This document shows positions 10,267 through 20,413 of a stretch of DNA of 64,000 bases, one piece after another. The stretch lies in contig CALCHX010000153.1 in assembly GCA_937906875.1 (NCBI GenBank), positions 1,229-65,228 on the forward strand, written 5' to 3'. This DNA comes from an uncultured Gemmatimonadota bacterium (GTDB taxonomy: Bacteria; Gemmatimonadota; Gemmatimonadetes; Gemmatimonadales; Gemmatimonadaceae). The notes under the pieces were generated by a model. The model had not been told where the DNA came from. It ran no database searches and saw only the letters and a list, made by a program, of their open reading frames with translations. Made by a program: the position numbers and the translations under genes. Position 1 is the stretch's first letter. Each line of letters begins with the position of its first letter.

Positions 10267-11130
10267 ATGGCATGGTTCCGTAAAGAGAAGAAGCCGCGCA
10301 CCCCGCGCCGGGAGCGTCTCGAAATTCCCGCCGACGCGTGGGAGAAGTGCGAGGCGTGTGGCCACACGGACATCCGCGAGAAGTTCGTGCGGAATCTCAA
10401 CGTCTGTCCGGAGTGCGACTTCCACCGCCGAATCAGGGCTACCGAGTACGTCGGCATCCTCCTCGACGATGGCACCGCGGAGGAGACCGAAGCCGACATG
10501 CACTCGGCCGATCCACTCGGATTCCCGGAGTACCCCCAGCGGCTCAAACGTGCACGGGCGAACGCTGGAGATTCTGATGCGATTCTGACCTCGTCGGGGC
10601 AATTGCACGGCCTGCCGGTCAATCTGGGCGTGATGGATTTCGCCTTCATGGGCGGCTCGATGGGTTCGGTGGTGGGCGAGAAGATCGCCCGTCTCGGCCA
10701 GCGCTCGCTCGAGCGCAAGCATCCGCTCATCCTGGTCTCGGCCTCCGGCGGGGCACGGATGCAGGAGGGCGTGCTGTCGCTCATGCAGATGGCCAAGGCG
10801 TCCGTGATGCTGTCGCAACTGGCCGAACGCCGGATTCCCTACGTTTCCATCCTCACCAACCCGACCACTGGCGGCGTGAGCGCCAGCTATGCGATGCTGG
10901 GAGATGCGATCCTCGCCGAGCCTGGTGCGGTAATCGGCTTTGCCGGGCCACGCGTGATCAAGCAGACCATTGGCCAGGATCTGCCGGAAGGCTTCCAGAC
11001 CGCTGAATTCCTGCTCGAGCACGGCATGCTCGACGGCGTCGTGCACCGTAGCGATCTCAAGGCGACGGTGGGCCGGCTGCTGCGACACATGACTGGAAAG
11101 CCGGCTGCTACCGGCTGGGTCTCGTCCTGA
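10267..11130 (+). CDS. accD: Acetyl-CoA carboxylase carboxyltransferase beta subunit
   Basis: N-terminal C4 zinc ribbon (CEACGHT...CPECDFH) and a carboxyltransferase core (MGGSMGSVVGEK). I prefer the MAWFRKEKK start at 10267 over the track's TTG at 10231. Confidence 0.9.
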   Translation: MAWFRKEKKPRTPRRERLEIPADAWEKCEACGHTDIREKFVRNLNVCPECDFHRRIRATEYVGILLDDGTAEETEADMHSADPLGFPEYPQRLKRARANAGDSDAILTSSGQLHGLPVNLGVMDFAFMGGSMGSVVGEKIARLGQRSLERKHPLILVSASGGARMQEGVLSLMQMAKASVMLSQLAERRIPYVSILTNPTTGGVSASYAMLGDAILAEPGAVIGFAGPRVIKQTIGQDLPEGFQTAEFLLEHGMLDGVVHRSDLKATVGRLLRHMTGKPAATGWVSS

Positions 11131-11192
11131 CGTCAGACCAGGCAGAGTACGAGCAGGCGCTCGAGTTTCTGTTCCAGCGTACGACCGGGGCG

Positions 11193-12419
11193 GTGCGCCT
11201 CGGGCTGGAGCATACGCGCGCATTCCTCGCCTACCTTGGCGACCCGCAACGCTCGCTGCGGAACGTGGTGCATCTGGCCGGCACGAACGGCAAGGGGAGC
11301 ACGGCAGCGACACTGGAGGCGCTGCTGCGCGCCTCCGGGCTCCGGGTAGGCAAGTACACCTCCCCGCACCTGATCGACTTCCGCGAACGCATAGTGGTGG
11401 ATGGTGAGCCCATCCCTGCCGCACGGGTATCGAGCTTCAATGCCAAGGAACTGGCGGCAATCGAGCGGATGGAGATCACCTTCTTTGAAGCCACGACTGC
11501 ACTTGCCATGCTGTACTTCGCGGAGATGCAGGTGGACGCGGCAGTCGTGGAGACCGGCCTTGGGGGACGGCTCGATTCCACCAACGTGATCGTGCCGGAC
11601 GTCGCCGTGGTGACCAGTATCGGGATAGATCACGTCGAGTACCTGGGCAGCACCCTCGAGTCCATTGCCGGCGAGAAGGCGGGGATCTTCAAGGCCGGCG
11701 CGGCCGCGGCGATAGGCGACGGGAATCCGGCCATCGCCGCCCTGCTTCGTGGCCGCGCACTGGCCGCTGGCTCCAGCCCGGTAGTCACCTTGCTCGAGCG
11801 AGGGTGGCCATCGGATGTCGTGGTATCGGCAGAGGGCACCAGCTTCACGGCTCGCGACGCGGAAGGCGTGGAGCGTCGTTGGCGCACACCACTCGTGGGG
11901 CGACATCAGGCGGCCAATTCAGCGGTCGCGCTCCTCGCTCACGACCTCCTCGGAGCTGAGACGGCGCTGACAGCCGCCGCCTGCCAGGATGCCCTGGATG
12001 GCGTGCGTCTCACGGGGCGCTTCGAGCGCCGGGGAGCGTTCATCCTTGACGTCGCGCACAACCCGGCCGGGTCGGGCGTACTGGCAGCCACCCTCGAGCA
12101 GGTGCAGCCACCGCGGCCCGTGGTGACCGTGCTGTCGGTGCTATCGGACAAGGACTGGCAGGGGATGATGCAGCAGTTGGCACCCTACACGGACCTCTTC
12201 GTGCTCACCATCGCGCCGTCCGCGCCCGACAATCGTCTCTGGGACCCTCAGGTGGCCCACGCGTATGCGGCGGCAGCGGGCTGGGCGTCAGTTGTGGAGA
12301 CCGATCTGGGCGTCGCCCTGGAGCGTGCCCGTGGCGCCGGCGAGACGGTGCTGGTTACGGGCTCGTTCCATACCGTGGGCGACGCGTTGTTGCGCCTGCC
12401 GGTCTCTGTCCACGCCTGA
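11193..12419 (+). CDS. folC: Folylpolyglutamate synthase / dihydrofolate synthase (5' end probably lies upstream; see findings)
   Basis: Mur-ligase P-loop (LAGTNGKGST) and an LGLEHTR motif. accD-folC adjacency also occurs in E. coli. The conserved N-terminal helix is encoded upstream of the track's GTG. Confidence 0.88.
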   Translation: MRLGLEHTRAFLAYLGDPQRSLRNVVHLAGTNGKGSTAATLEALLRASGLRVGKYTSPHLIDFRERIVVDGEPIPAARVSSFNAKELAAIERMEITFFEATTALAMLYFAEMQVDAAVVETGLGGRLDSTNVIVPDVAVVTSIGIDHVEYLGSTLESIAGEKAGIFKAGAAAAIGDGNPAIAALLRGRALAAGSSPVVTLLERGWPSDVVVSAEGTSFTARDAEGVERRWRTPLVGRHQAANSAVALLAHDLLGAETALTAAACQDALDGVRLTGRFERRGAFILDVAHNPAGSGVLAATLEQVQPPRPVVTVLSVLSDKDWQGMMQQLAPYTDLFVLTIAPSAPDNRLWDPQVAHAYAAAAGWASVVETDLGVALERARGAGETVLVTGSFHTVGDALLRLPVSVHA

Positions 12420-12421
12420 TA

Positions 12422-12513
12422 GACGTCCAGCCCGCGCGCGCGCCGGGCGGCCCACTTCGTCCGCGACGTCGACGAGGACCGCGACGTCCAGCCCGGGCGC
12501 GCGTCGGGCGGCC
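12422..12513. repeat. Two copies of a 31-nt GC-rich direct repeat, each with an internal hairpin
   Basis: Copy 1 at 12422..12452 is GACGTCCAGCCCGCGCGCGCGCCGGGCGGCC. Copy 2 at 12483..12513 is GACGTCCAGCCCGGGCGCGCGTCGGGCGGCC. They share 29/31 identity, and each carries GCCCG...CGGGC arms. Confidence 0.6.
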
Positions 12514-12667
12514 TGCTACCGCGTGGTCACGCAGCCAGTGCCAGCGCCCTGCCGTCCCGCTCGGTCGGTCAGCTTCTGCGAGGTGCGCGGCGACCGACGC
12601 AGTCAGCGGCTGAGCGTGCGCCTGGAGCCGGCACGCGTCCGCCTACCGTCCGCTGCAGCGGGCCGCG

Positions 12668-12673
12668 TATATT
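12668..12673 (+). promoter_or_regulatory. -10-like hexamer TATATT 6 nt before the hisS ATG
   Basis: TATATT-gctggg-ATG(12680). It is the only AT-rich hexamer in a very GC-rich spacer. No convincing -35 and no SD. Confidence 0.3.
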
Positions 12674-12679
12674 GCTGGG

Positions 12680-14053
12680 ATGGCCCGTAATCCGTTACCT
12701 GGTTTTCGCGATTTCTATCCTGCCGAATTCTCCCATCGAGCGCATGTCATGGGAGCCTGGCGCTCGGTTGCCCACAGGTTCGGCTTCGTCGAGTACGACG
12801 GGCCGCCACTGGAGCCGCTGGATCTGTACACCCGGAAGAGCGGCGCAGAGATAGTTGGGCAGTTATACAACTTCGAGGACAAGGGCGGTCGTGAGGTCGC
12901 GCTCCGACCCGAGATGACGCCTACCTTCGCCCGTATGGCTGGCGCTCGCGCCAACGCCCTTCGCAAGCCCGTTCGCTGGTTCAGCGTCCCGCAACTCTTT
13001 CGTTACGAGCGCCAGCAGCGTGGCCGGCTGAGGGAGCACTTCCAGCTCAACGTGGATATCGTGGGCGAGACCGACGTGGCCGCCGACGCCGAGCTGCTGG
13101 CCGTGGCCATAGAGGTCATGCGCGAGCTGGGACTGAGCTCGGACGACGTCCAGGCTCGCGTGTCTGACAGGCGGCTGCTCACCGCACTGCTCATCGGGAT
13201 AGGAGTTACCGAGGATCAGTTGGGCGTTGCCTACGCAGTGATAGACAAGATCGAGCGGGAGCCGCGCGAGGTCAGCACGGGGCGTCTCGTCGAGGCCGGA
13301 ATGGACCGTGCGATAGCCGATGCGCTCCACGAGCTGGTCGCGCCTCGCGCCTACGCGGAGCTGCGTGCGGCACACGCCCACCGGGCGGCAGCGGCGGAGC
13401 ATTTCGCGCGCCTGGATCGCTACCTGGAGACTTTGGCGGCGTTGGGTGTGGCGGACTGGGTGCGCGTGGACCTGACGATAGTGCGTGGCCTGGACTATTA
13501 CACCGGCATCGTCTTCGAGCTGTTCGACGCGAAGGGCGAGCTCCGCGCCATCTGCGGCGGTGGACGGTACGATACGCTGCTCGCCGCCCTCGGCGACGCC
13601 GACCTGCCGGCGCTGGGTTTCGGCATGGGCGACGTCGTTCTCACCGAGCTGCTGCGGGACCGTGGTCTGCTCCCCGATCCTTCGCCCTCGCTGGATTACT
13701 GGGTCGCTCCCGCCGATGACTCGCAGAGACTGGCCGCCACGCATGTCGCCAGTGTGCTGCGTCGTGAATGGTCGCGCTCCGTGGAGTATCCGCTGCGCGC
13801 ACAGAGTCTGGGCAAGCAGCTCAAGTCCGCCACCGCTGCCGGCGCCCGGTTGGCGGTGATAGTCCACGACGCAGTCCACGCCACCGTGCGTGACCTGACC
13901 CGGCGTGCTCAATGTGACGTCGAACTTCCTCGCTGGCTTGCCGGCGAGATGAGCGTCACGACGGCCGACGGATCCGAACTTCCATTCCGACCCGACGCGG
14001 CGGACAGCGTCTTCGACGCACTGCCCGATCCCTCCCTTCCCGATAATGGCTGA
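12680..14053 (+). CDS. hisS: Histidine--tRNA ligase
   Basis: N-terminus LPGFRDFYP and class II motifs (ALRPEMTP, YYTGIVFE, GGGRYD); 457 aa. Confidence 0.9.
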   Translation: MARNPLPGFRDFYPAEFSHRAHVMGAWRSVAHRFGFVEYDGPPLEPLDLYTRKSGAEIVGQLYNFEDKGGREVALRPEMTPTFARMAGARANALRKPVRWFSVPQLFRYERQQRGRLREHFQLNVDIVGETDVAADAELLAVAIEVMRELGLSSDDVQARVSDRRLLTALLIGIGVTEDQLGVAYAVIDKIEREPREVSTGRLVEAGMDRAIADALHELVAPRAYAELRAAHAHRAAAAEHFARLDRYLETLAALGVADWVRVDLTIVRGLDYYTGIVFELFDAKGELRAICGGGRYDTLLAALGDADLPALGFGMGDVVLTELLRDRGLLPDPSPSLDYWVAPADDSQRLAATHVASVLRREWSRSVEYPLRAQSLGKQLKSATAAGARLAVIVHDAVHATVRDLTRRAQCDVELPRWLAGEMSVTTADGSELPFRPDAADSVFDALPDPSLPDNG

Positions 14054-15515
14054 CGACAAGAAGCTCACACCGCGCGCCGAGGACTTCAGCGCGTGGTACA
14101 ACGAGGTGGTCCTGCGCGCCGAGCTCGCCGACTACTCGCCCGTTCGCGGCTGCATGGTCATCCGCCCCGAAGGGTATGGAATCTGGGAGCGCATGCAGCG
14201 CGCCCTGGACGACATGTTCAAGGCGACAGGTCATCGTAACGCATACTTTCCCCTGTTCATTCCGGAGAGTTTCCTCCAGAAGGAGGCGGAGCACGTGGAA
14301 GGGTTCGCTCCGGAAGTTGCGGTCGTCACCCACGGCGGCGGCAGGAAGTTGGAGGAACCACTGGTCATCCGACCGACATCCGAGACGATCATCTACGCGA
14401 TGTTCGCCAAGTGGGTGCAGAGCTACCGCGACCTCCCGCTGCTCTACAACCAGTGGGCGAACGTGGTCCGTTGGGAGATGCGCACGCGCCTCTTCCTGCG
14501 AACCATGGAGTTCCTCTGGCAGGAGGGTCACACGGCCCACGCTACCCATGAGGAGGCGAAGGAGGAGACGTTGCGGATGCTCGGCGTCTATCGCGACTTC
14601 ATGGAAGGCTGGATGGCGATGCCGGTGGTCACCGGCCGCAAGAGCGACTCCGAACGGTTCGCCGGCGCGTTGCGCACCTATTCGTGCGAGGCGATGATGC
14701 AGGACAATCGCGCCCTTCAGGCCGGTACATCGCACGACCTCGGTCAGAATTTCTCAAGGGCTTTCGACCTCAAGTTCCAGTCAGAGGAGGGCACGGAGGA
14801 GTATGCCTGGAACACCAGTTGGGGTGTATCCACGCGTCTCATCGGTGCCCTCGTCATGACCCACGGCGACGACATCGGCCTTCGTACACCACCGCTGCTC
14901 GCGCCGACGGAACTGGTCATCGTCCCCATCTACCGCAAGGATGAGGAACGCGACCGTGTGCTCCAGGCAGCCCGCGGAATCGTTGACCGTCTTGCCGAGT
15001 GGGATCGTCGCAACCCGGCGCGCCTGCGCGTCCACCTCGACGCGCGCGAGGGGATCAAGCCGGGCGCCAAGTACTACGAGTGGGAGTTGCGCGGCGTGCC
15101 ACTGCGCCTGGAGGTCGGGCCCCGGGATCTGGAGCAGAACCAGGGAGTCCTCGTGCGCCGCGACACGCGGGAGAAGCGCGCCGTATCACTCGATTCCCTG
15201 GGTGAGGAAGTGGCCGAGGTACTGCAGCTCATGCAGGCCGACATGCTCGAAGCCGCCCGTGAGCGGAGGGAGGCGAACAGCGTGCGCGGACCGATCAGTT
15301 ACGACCAGTTCAGGGAACTGATGGCCGGCGCCGGAGCATTCGTGTACGCGGGCTGGTGCGGCAGCGCAGCCTGCGAGGCCGAGGTCAAGGCAGAGACGAA
15401 GGCGACAATCCGCTGTCTCCCCGATGAGGAATTCCGATCGGCCGAGACGCCGACGCATTGCCTCAGGTGCGGTGGTCCTTCCACCGATGAGGCGCTGTGG
15501 GCTCGAGCATACTGA
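14046..15515 (+). CDS. proS: Proline--tRNA ligase (archaeal/eukaryote-like type)
   Basis: N-terminus FSAWYNEVVLRAELADYSPVRGCMVIRP. The C-terminal Zn-binding domain ends ...CLRCGG...WARAY. 8-nt overlap with hisS. Confidence 0.92.
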   Translation: MADDKKLTPRAEDFSAWYNEVVLRAELADYSPVRGCMVIRPEGYGIWERMQRALDDMFKATGHRNAYFPLFIPESFLQKEAEHVEGFAPEVAVVTHGGGRKLEEPLVIRPTSETIIYAMFAKWVQSYRDLPLLYNQWANVVRWEMRTRLFLRTMEFLWQEGHTAHATHEEAKEETLRMLGVYRDFMEGWMAMPVVTGRKSDSERFAGALRTYSCEAMMQDNRALQAGTSHDLGQNFSRAFDLKFQSEEGTEEYAWNTSWGVSTRLIGALVMTHGDDIGLRTPPLLAPTELVIVPIYRKDEERDRVLQAARGIVDRLAEWDRRNPARLRVHLDAREGIKPGAKYYEWELRGVPLRLEVGPRDLEQNQGVLVRRDTREKRAVSLDSLGEEVAEVLQLMQADMLEAARERREANSVRGPISYDQFRELMAGAGAFVYAGWCGSAACEAEVKAETKATIRCLPDEEFRSAETPTHCLRCGGPSTDEALWARAY

Positions 15516-16801
15516 CCGCCTCGTTTCGTCGATCCGGAGAGAACAACGCCCTCCATTGCGAGGGCGTGCCTCTGGCGCGGATTGCCGAGACCGTGGGAAC
15601 ACCGGTATTCGTCTACAGCAGCGCCGAGATCCGCCTGCAATACGAGAAGCTGAAGGGAGCCCTGGAAGGTATCCCGCACCGCATTCACTACAGCGTGAAG
15701 GCCAACTCCAGCCTTGGCGTACTGGCCGTGCTGCGGGAGCTGGGGGCGGGTGTCGACATCGTGAGCGGGGGAGAACTCCACCGCGCCCTGCTGGCCGGTT
15801 TCACCGGTGACGACGTGGTCTTCAGCGGGGTGGGGAAGACCGCTCCGGAGATTCGCGAGGCACTCCGGGCCGGGGTGCGCTTCTTCAACGTGGAGTCGGA
15901 GGGTGAGCTGCGAGCGATCGACGCGCTGGCAAGCGAGGACGGCCTGATCGCACCGGTGGCGATCCGGGTAAATCCCGAAGTCGATGTGGACACGCCGCAC
16001 GAGTACACGCGGACCGGAGGCCGCGGCCACAAGTTCGGAATTCCGTACGACGAAGCCGAGGCTGTCGCTCTCCTGGCGACGGAGCTTGCCAACGTGCGCC
16101 TGGTGGGCCTGGACATGCACGTCGGATCGCAGTTGACGCGGATGGAGCCCTACGAGCGCGGTGTGGCGCGCCTGCTGGACCTTGTCGAGCTTCTGCCGTC
16201 ACGAGCCAGGGCCGACCTGCGCTGGCTGGACCTTGGCGGAGGCCTGGCGGTGCCTTACGACGTTGATGATGACAAGGTGGACCTGGGCGCGTTCGCGGCT
16301 GTAGCGCGCCGGGCTGCCCGGTCTTCGGGGTTGGAGCTGGTCATAGAACCGGGTCGCTTCCTGGTGGCCAATGCGGGTGTACTCGTCACCCGCGTCCTCT
16401 ATCGGAAGCGCAGCGGTGGCAAGGACTACGTGATTGCCGACGCCGGGATGACAGAGTTGCTGCGGCCGTCACACTACCATGCACATCATGGCGTGGAGCG
16501 GGTGGAGGAGCCCCACCGGGCAGAGATCGAGACTGCCGATGTGGTGGACGTCGTGGGCCCCGTCTGCGAGAGTGGCGACTTCCTTGCGCTGGACCGCAAG
16601 CTGGCGTCGGTCGAGCCGGGCGATCTCCTGGCAATACTGTCGGCCGGTGCTTATGCCTACGTGATGGCCTCCAACTACAACTCGCGCCAGAAGCCGCCTG
16701 AAGTGCTCGTGGATGGCAATCGGTTCGGCGTCGTGACGGATCGCGAGACCCGAGATGACCTCACGCGCCTCGAGCGCACTGTGCCAGCCTGGAGGGAGTG
16801 A
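15497..16801 (+). CDS. lysA: Diaminopimelate decarboxylase
   Basis: PLP-lysine motif HYSVKAN, GTPVFVYS near the N-terminus, and CESGD near the C-terminus. Confidence 0.9.
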   Translation: MGSSILTASFRRSGENNALHCEGVPLARIAETVGTPVFVYSSAEIRLQYEKLKGALEGIPHRIHYSVKANSSLGVLAVLRELGAGVDIVSGGELHRALLAGFTGDDVVFSGVGKTAPEIREALRAGVRFFNVESEGELRAIDALASEDGLIAPVAIRVNPEVDVDTPHEYTRTGGRGHKFGIPYDEAEAVALLATELANVRLVGLDMHVGSQLTRMEPYERGVARLLDLVELLPSRARADLRWLDLGGGLAVPYDVDDDKVDLGAFAAVARRAARSSGLELVIEPGRFLVANAGVLVTRVLYRKRSGGKDYVIADAGMTELLRPSHYHAHHGVERVEEPHRAEIETADVVDVVGPVCESGDFLALDRKLASVEPGDLLAILSAGAYAYVMASNYNSRQKPPEVLVDGNRFGVVTDRETRDDLTRLERTVPAWRE

Positions 16802-17310
16802 TGCAACTGGGCCTCATAGCCGATAGCCACGACCGCCTGCCGGCCATTGCCGCTCTGGTCGCCCAGTTCCAGGAACGGGGCGTGGAGATGGTGCTGCATG
16901 CAGGCGACTTCTGTTCACCGTTTGCCCTCGCGCCGCTGCACGCCCTTACCGTGCCGGTGGTCGGAGTCTTCGGACGAAACGACGGCGACCATCCCGGGCT
17001 CTCCGCGGAGGCCTCCCGTGGCCTGGCCACGGAGCTTTTCGAATCGCCTCACAGCCTCGAGGTGGGCGAGCGGAGGGTGTTGCTCGTGCACGACGTGGGC
17101 GAGATGTCCGAACATTCCCTGGCCGGCCACGACGTCGTGATCCATGGCTCGCAGCACCGCCAGGAGATGAAGACTCGTGGCAGTACGCTGCTCGTCTGCC
17201 CGGGCGAGGCCTGCGGTTGGCTGTATGGGTCGCCCGGCGCAGCCATCATCGACCTCGCCACCTACGAGGTCGAGTTCCTGAAGCTCAGTGGACCCGAATG
17301 GAAGACCTGA
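16798..17310 (+). CDS. YfcE/MJ0936-family metallophosphoesterase
   Basis: 170 aa with IADSHD, HAGDF and VIHGSQH metal-ligand motifs. ATGA-type overlap with lysA. Confidence 0.75.
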   Translation: MMQLGLIADSHDRLPAIAALVAQFQERGVEMVLHAGDFCSPFALAPLHALTVPVVGVFGRNDGDHPGLSAEASRGLATELFESPHSLEVGERRVLLVHDVGEMSEHSLAGHDVVIHGSQHRQEMKTRGSTLLVCPGEACGWLYGSPGAAIIDLATYEVEFLKLSGPEWKT

Positions 17311-17311
17311 C

Positions 17312-18856
<1,545 letters not shown>

Positions 18857-18996
18857 GCGCTGGACCGATTCTGGCTATCGCCGTGAATCGCCCGGGCAGA
18901 GGCAAGTCATCGTGAGAAGGATCATCCTGCACGGTGCACGCTGCACCTCAGCGATCCTGACCGCCTGGACGACTCCGTCTCAGAGGACACAGGTGA

Positions 18997-20385
18997 ATGG
19001 CCGACAGCCTGCTGAACAGCTTTGAGCGCGTGCATGCGGCGACGCGCCGCAACCGCCTTGCTGATGTCGCGACACGCAGGCGGCGGTTGGCCGCGCTCAG
19101 ACGGCTGGTGGTCGAGAACCGCGCGGAGATCGCGCGCGCCATCGACGCCGACTTTGGTGGGCGGGCGCAGGTGGAATCCGAGCTACTGGAGATCGTACCG
19201 CTGTTGTTGGCGGTCCGTCACGCCACGCGGCATCTGGGGCGCTGGATGCGTGACGAGCGTCGCCCCGTTGCGCTGCCCTTCCAGCCGGCGCGGGCCTGGG
19301 TGCGCTACGAGCCACTGGGTGTCATCGGCATCGTATCGCCCTGGAATTACCCACTACTCCTGTCCCTGGGCCCGCTGGTCGACGCCCTGGCGGCCGGCAA
19401 TCGTGCAATGCTCAAGCCGTCCGAGCTGACACCCGCCTTCTCGGAGCTGCTCGAGCGGCTGGTGGCAGCGGCCTTCGAGGATGACGAGGTCCTCGTCGTG
19501 ACAGGTGGTGTGGACGTCGCCGAGGCCTTCACCGCCTTGCCCTTCGACCATCTGGTCTTCACCGGTTCGACCGCCGTCCGGCACAGGGTGATGGAGGCGG
19601 CGGCGCGGAACCTGACTCCGGTCACGCTCGAACTTGGCGGCAAGTCGCCCGCCATAGTGGCGGCGGATTTCCCGCTCCCGGAGGCAGCTCGTTCAATAGT
19701 CCTGGGCAAGTTCACGAACGCGGGCCAGACCTGCATCGCCCCGGATTACGTCCTGGCTCCCGCCGCCCGGGTCGAGGCTCTCGCGCGGGAGATTCTGGCC
19801 GGCGTTGGACGGGCGTATCCGGACCTGCAACAGAACACGCAGTACAGCAGCATCATCACCCAGCGCCACCGCGACCGACTCGAGGCAGCGCTCGACGAGG
19901 CGCGACTTGGTGGCGCCCGGATTCTGCGGCCAGAGGGAGCAGGAGAGGGCCCGAAGTTCCCTCCCGCAATCGTGCTCGATGCGCCTGAGGATTCGCTTCT
20001 TCTGACCGAGGAGATCTTCGGGCCAGTCCTGCCCATCGTGCCATACCGCGACCTGAACGAGGCGCTGGACTTCATCAACGCTCGCCCCCGGCCGCTAGCG
20101 CTCTATGCGTTCACGAATGATCGGGCGGCGCAGGCGAAGGTTCTCGATGGCGCCATCTCGGGCGGGGTGACGCTGAATGGGACTCTTCTCCACATCGCGC
20201 AGAGCACTCTGCCGTTCGGCGGCATTGGCGCCAGCGGCATCGGTGCATACCACGGCTGGCATGGCTTCCGTCGATTCAGCCATGTCCGAGCAGTTTACAA
20301 GCCGGGGCGATTCAGCGCGCTCGAGCATCTGGGACCGCCGTTCGGCCGGCTGGCGAGGCTCGCCATTCGCTCTCTGGGTCGGTAA
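18997..20385 (+). CDS. NAD(P)-dependent aldehyde dehydrogenase (ALDH3/coniferyl-aldehyde dehydrogenase-like)
   Basis: Catalytic motifs ELGGKSP and NAGQTCIAPD; 462 aa. Confidence 0.85.
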   Translation: MADSLLNSFERVHAATRRNRLADVATRRRRLAALRRLVVENRAEIARAIDADFGGRAQVESELLEIVPLLLAVRHATRHLGRWMRDERRPVALPFQPARAWVRYEPLGVIGIVSPWNYPLLLSLGPLVDALAAGNRAMLKPSELTPAFSELLERLVAAAFEDDEVLVVTGGVDVAEAFTALPFDHLVFTGSTAVRHRVMEAAARNLTPVTLELGGKSPAIVAADFPLPEAARSIVLGKFTNAGQTCIAPDYVLAPAARVEALAREILAGVGRAYPDLQQNTQYSSIITQRHRDRLEAALDEARLGGARILRPEGAGEGPKFPPAIVLDAPEDSLLLTEEIFGPVLPIVPYRDLNEALDFINARPRPLALYAFTNDRAAQAKVLDGAISGGVTLNGTLLHIAQSTLPFGGIGASGIGAYHGWHGFRRFSHVRAVYKPGRFSALEHLGPPFGRLARLAIRSLGR

Positions 20386-20413
20386 GCGTCAGACAGCAAC
20401 GGGCATGTTCGCG

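Noticed and set aside
10138-11424. A 428-aa minus-strand ORF covering accD and the start of folC.
   Set aside because: It is antisense to two well-supported genes, spans their junction and has no recognisable domain.
12422-12513. Possible CRISPR array (31-nt direct repeats with a ~30-nt spacer).
   Set aside because: There are only two imperfect copies, no cas genes are in the window, and the repeats are self-complementary GC hairpins typical of terminators or REP-like elements.
12490-12540. T-box-like fragments (TACCGCG, GTGGTCACGC) upstream of hisS.
   Set aside because: The matches are only 5-7 nt, in GC-rich DNA, and are interrupted relative to the AGGGTGGTACCGCG consensus. I could not identify Stem I, a specifier loop or an antiterminator/terminator pair. 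A covariance-model scan is needed.
12863-14101. A 412-aa minus-strand ORF opposite hisS.
   Set aside because: Same GC-driven antisense artefact. The hisS frame carries all the class II synthetase motifs.
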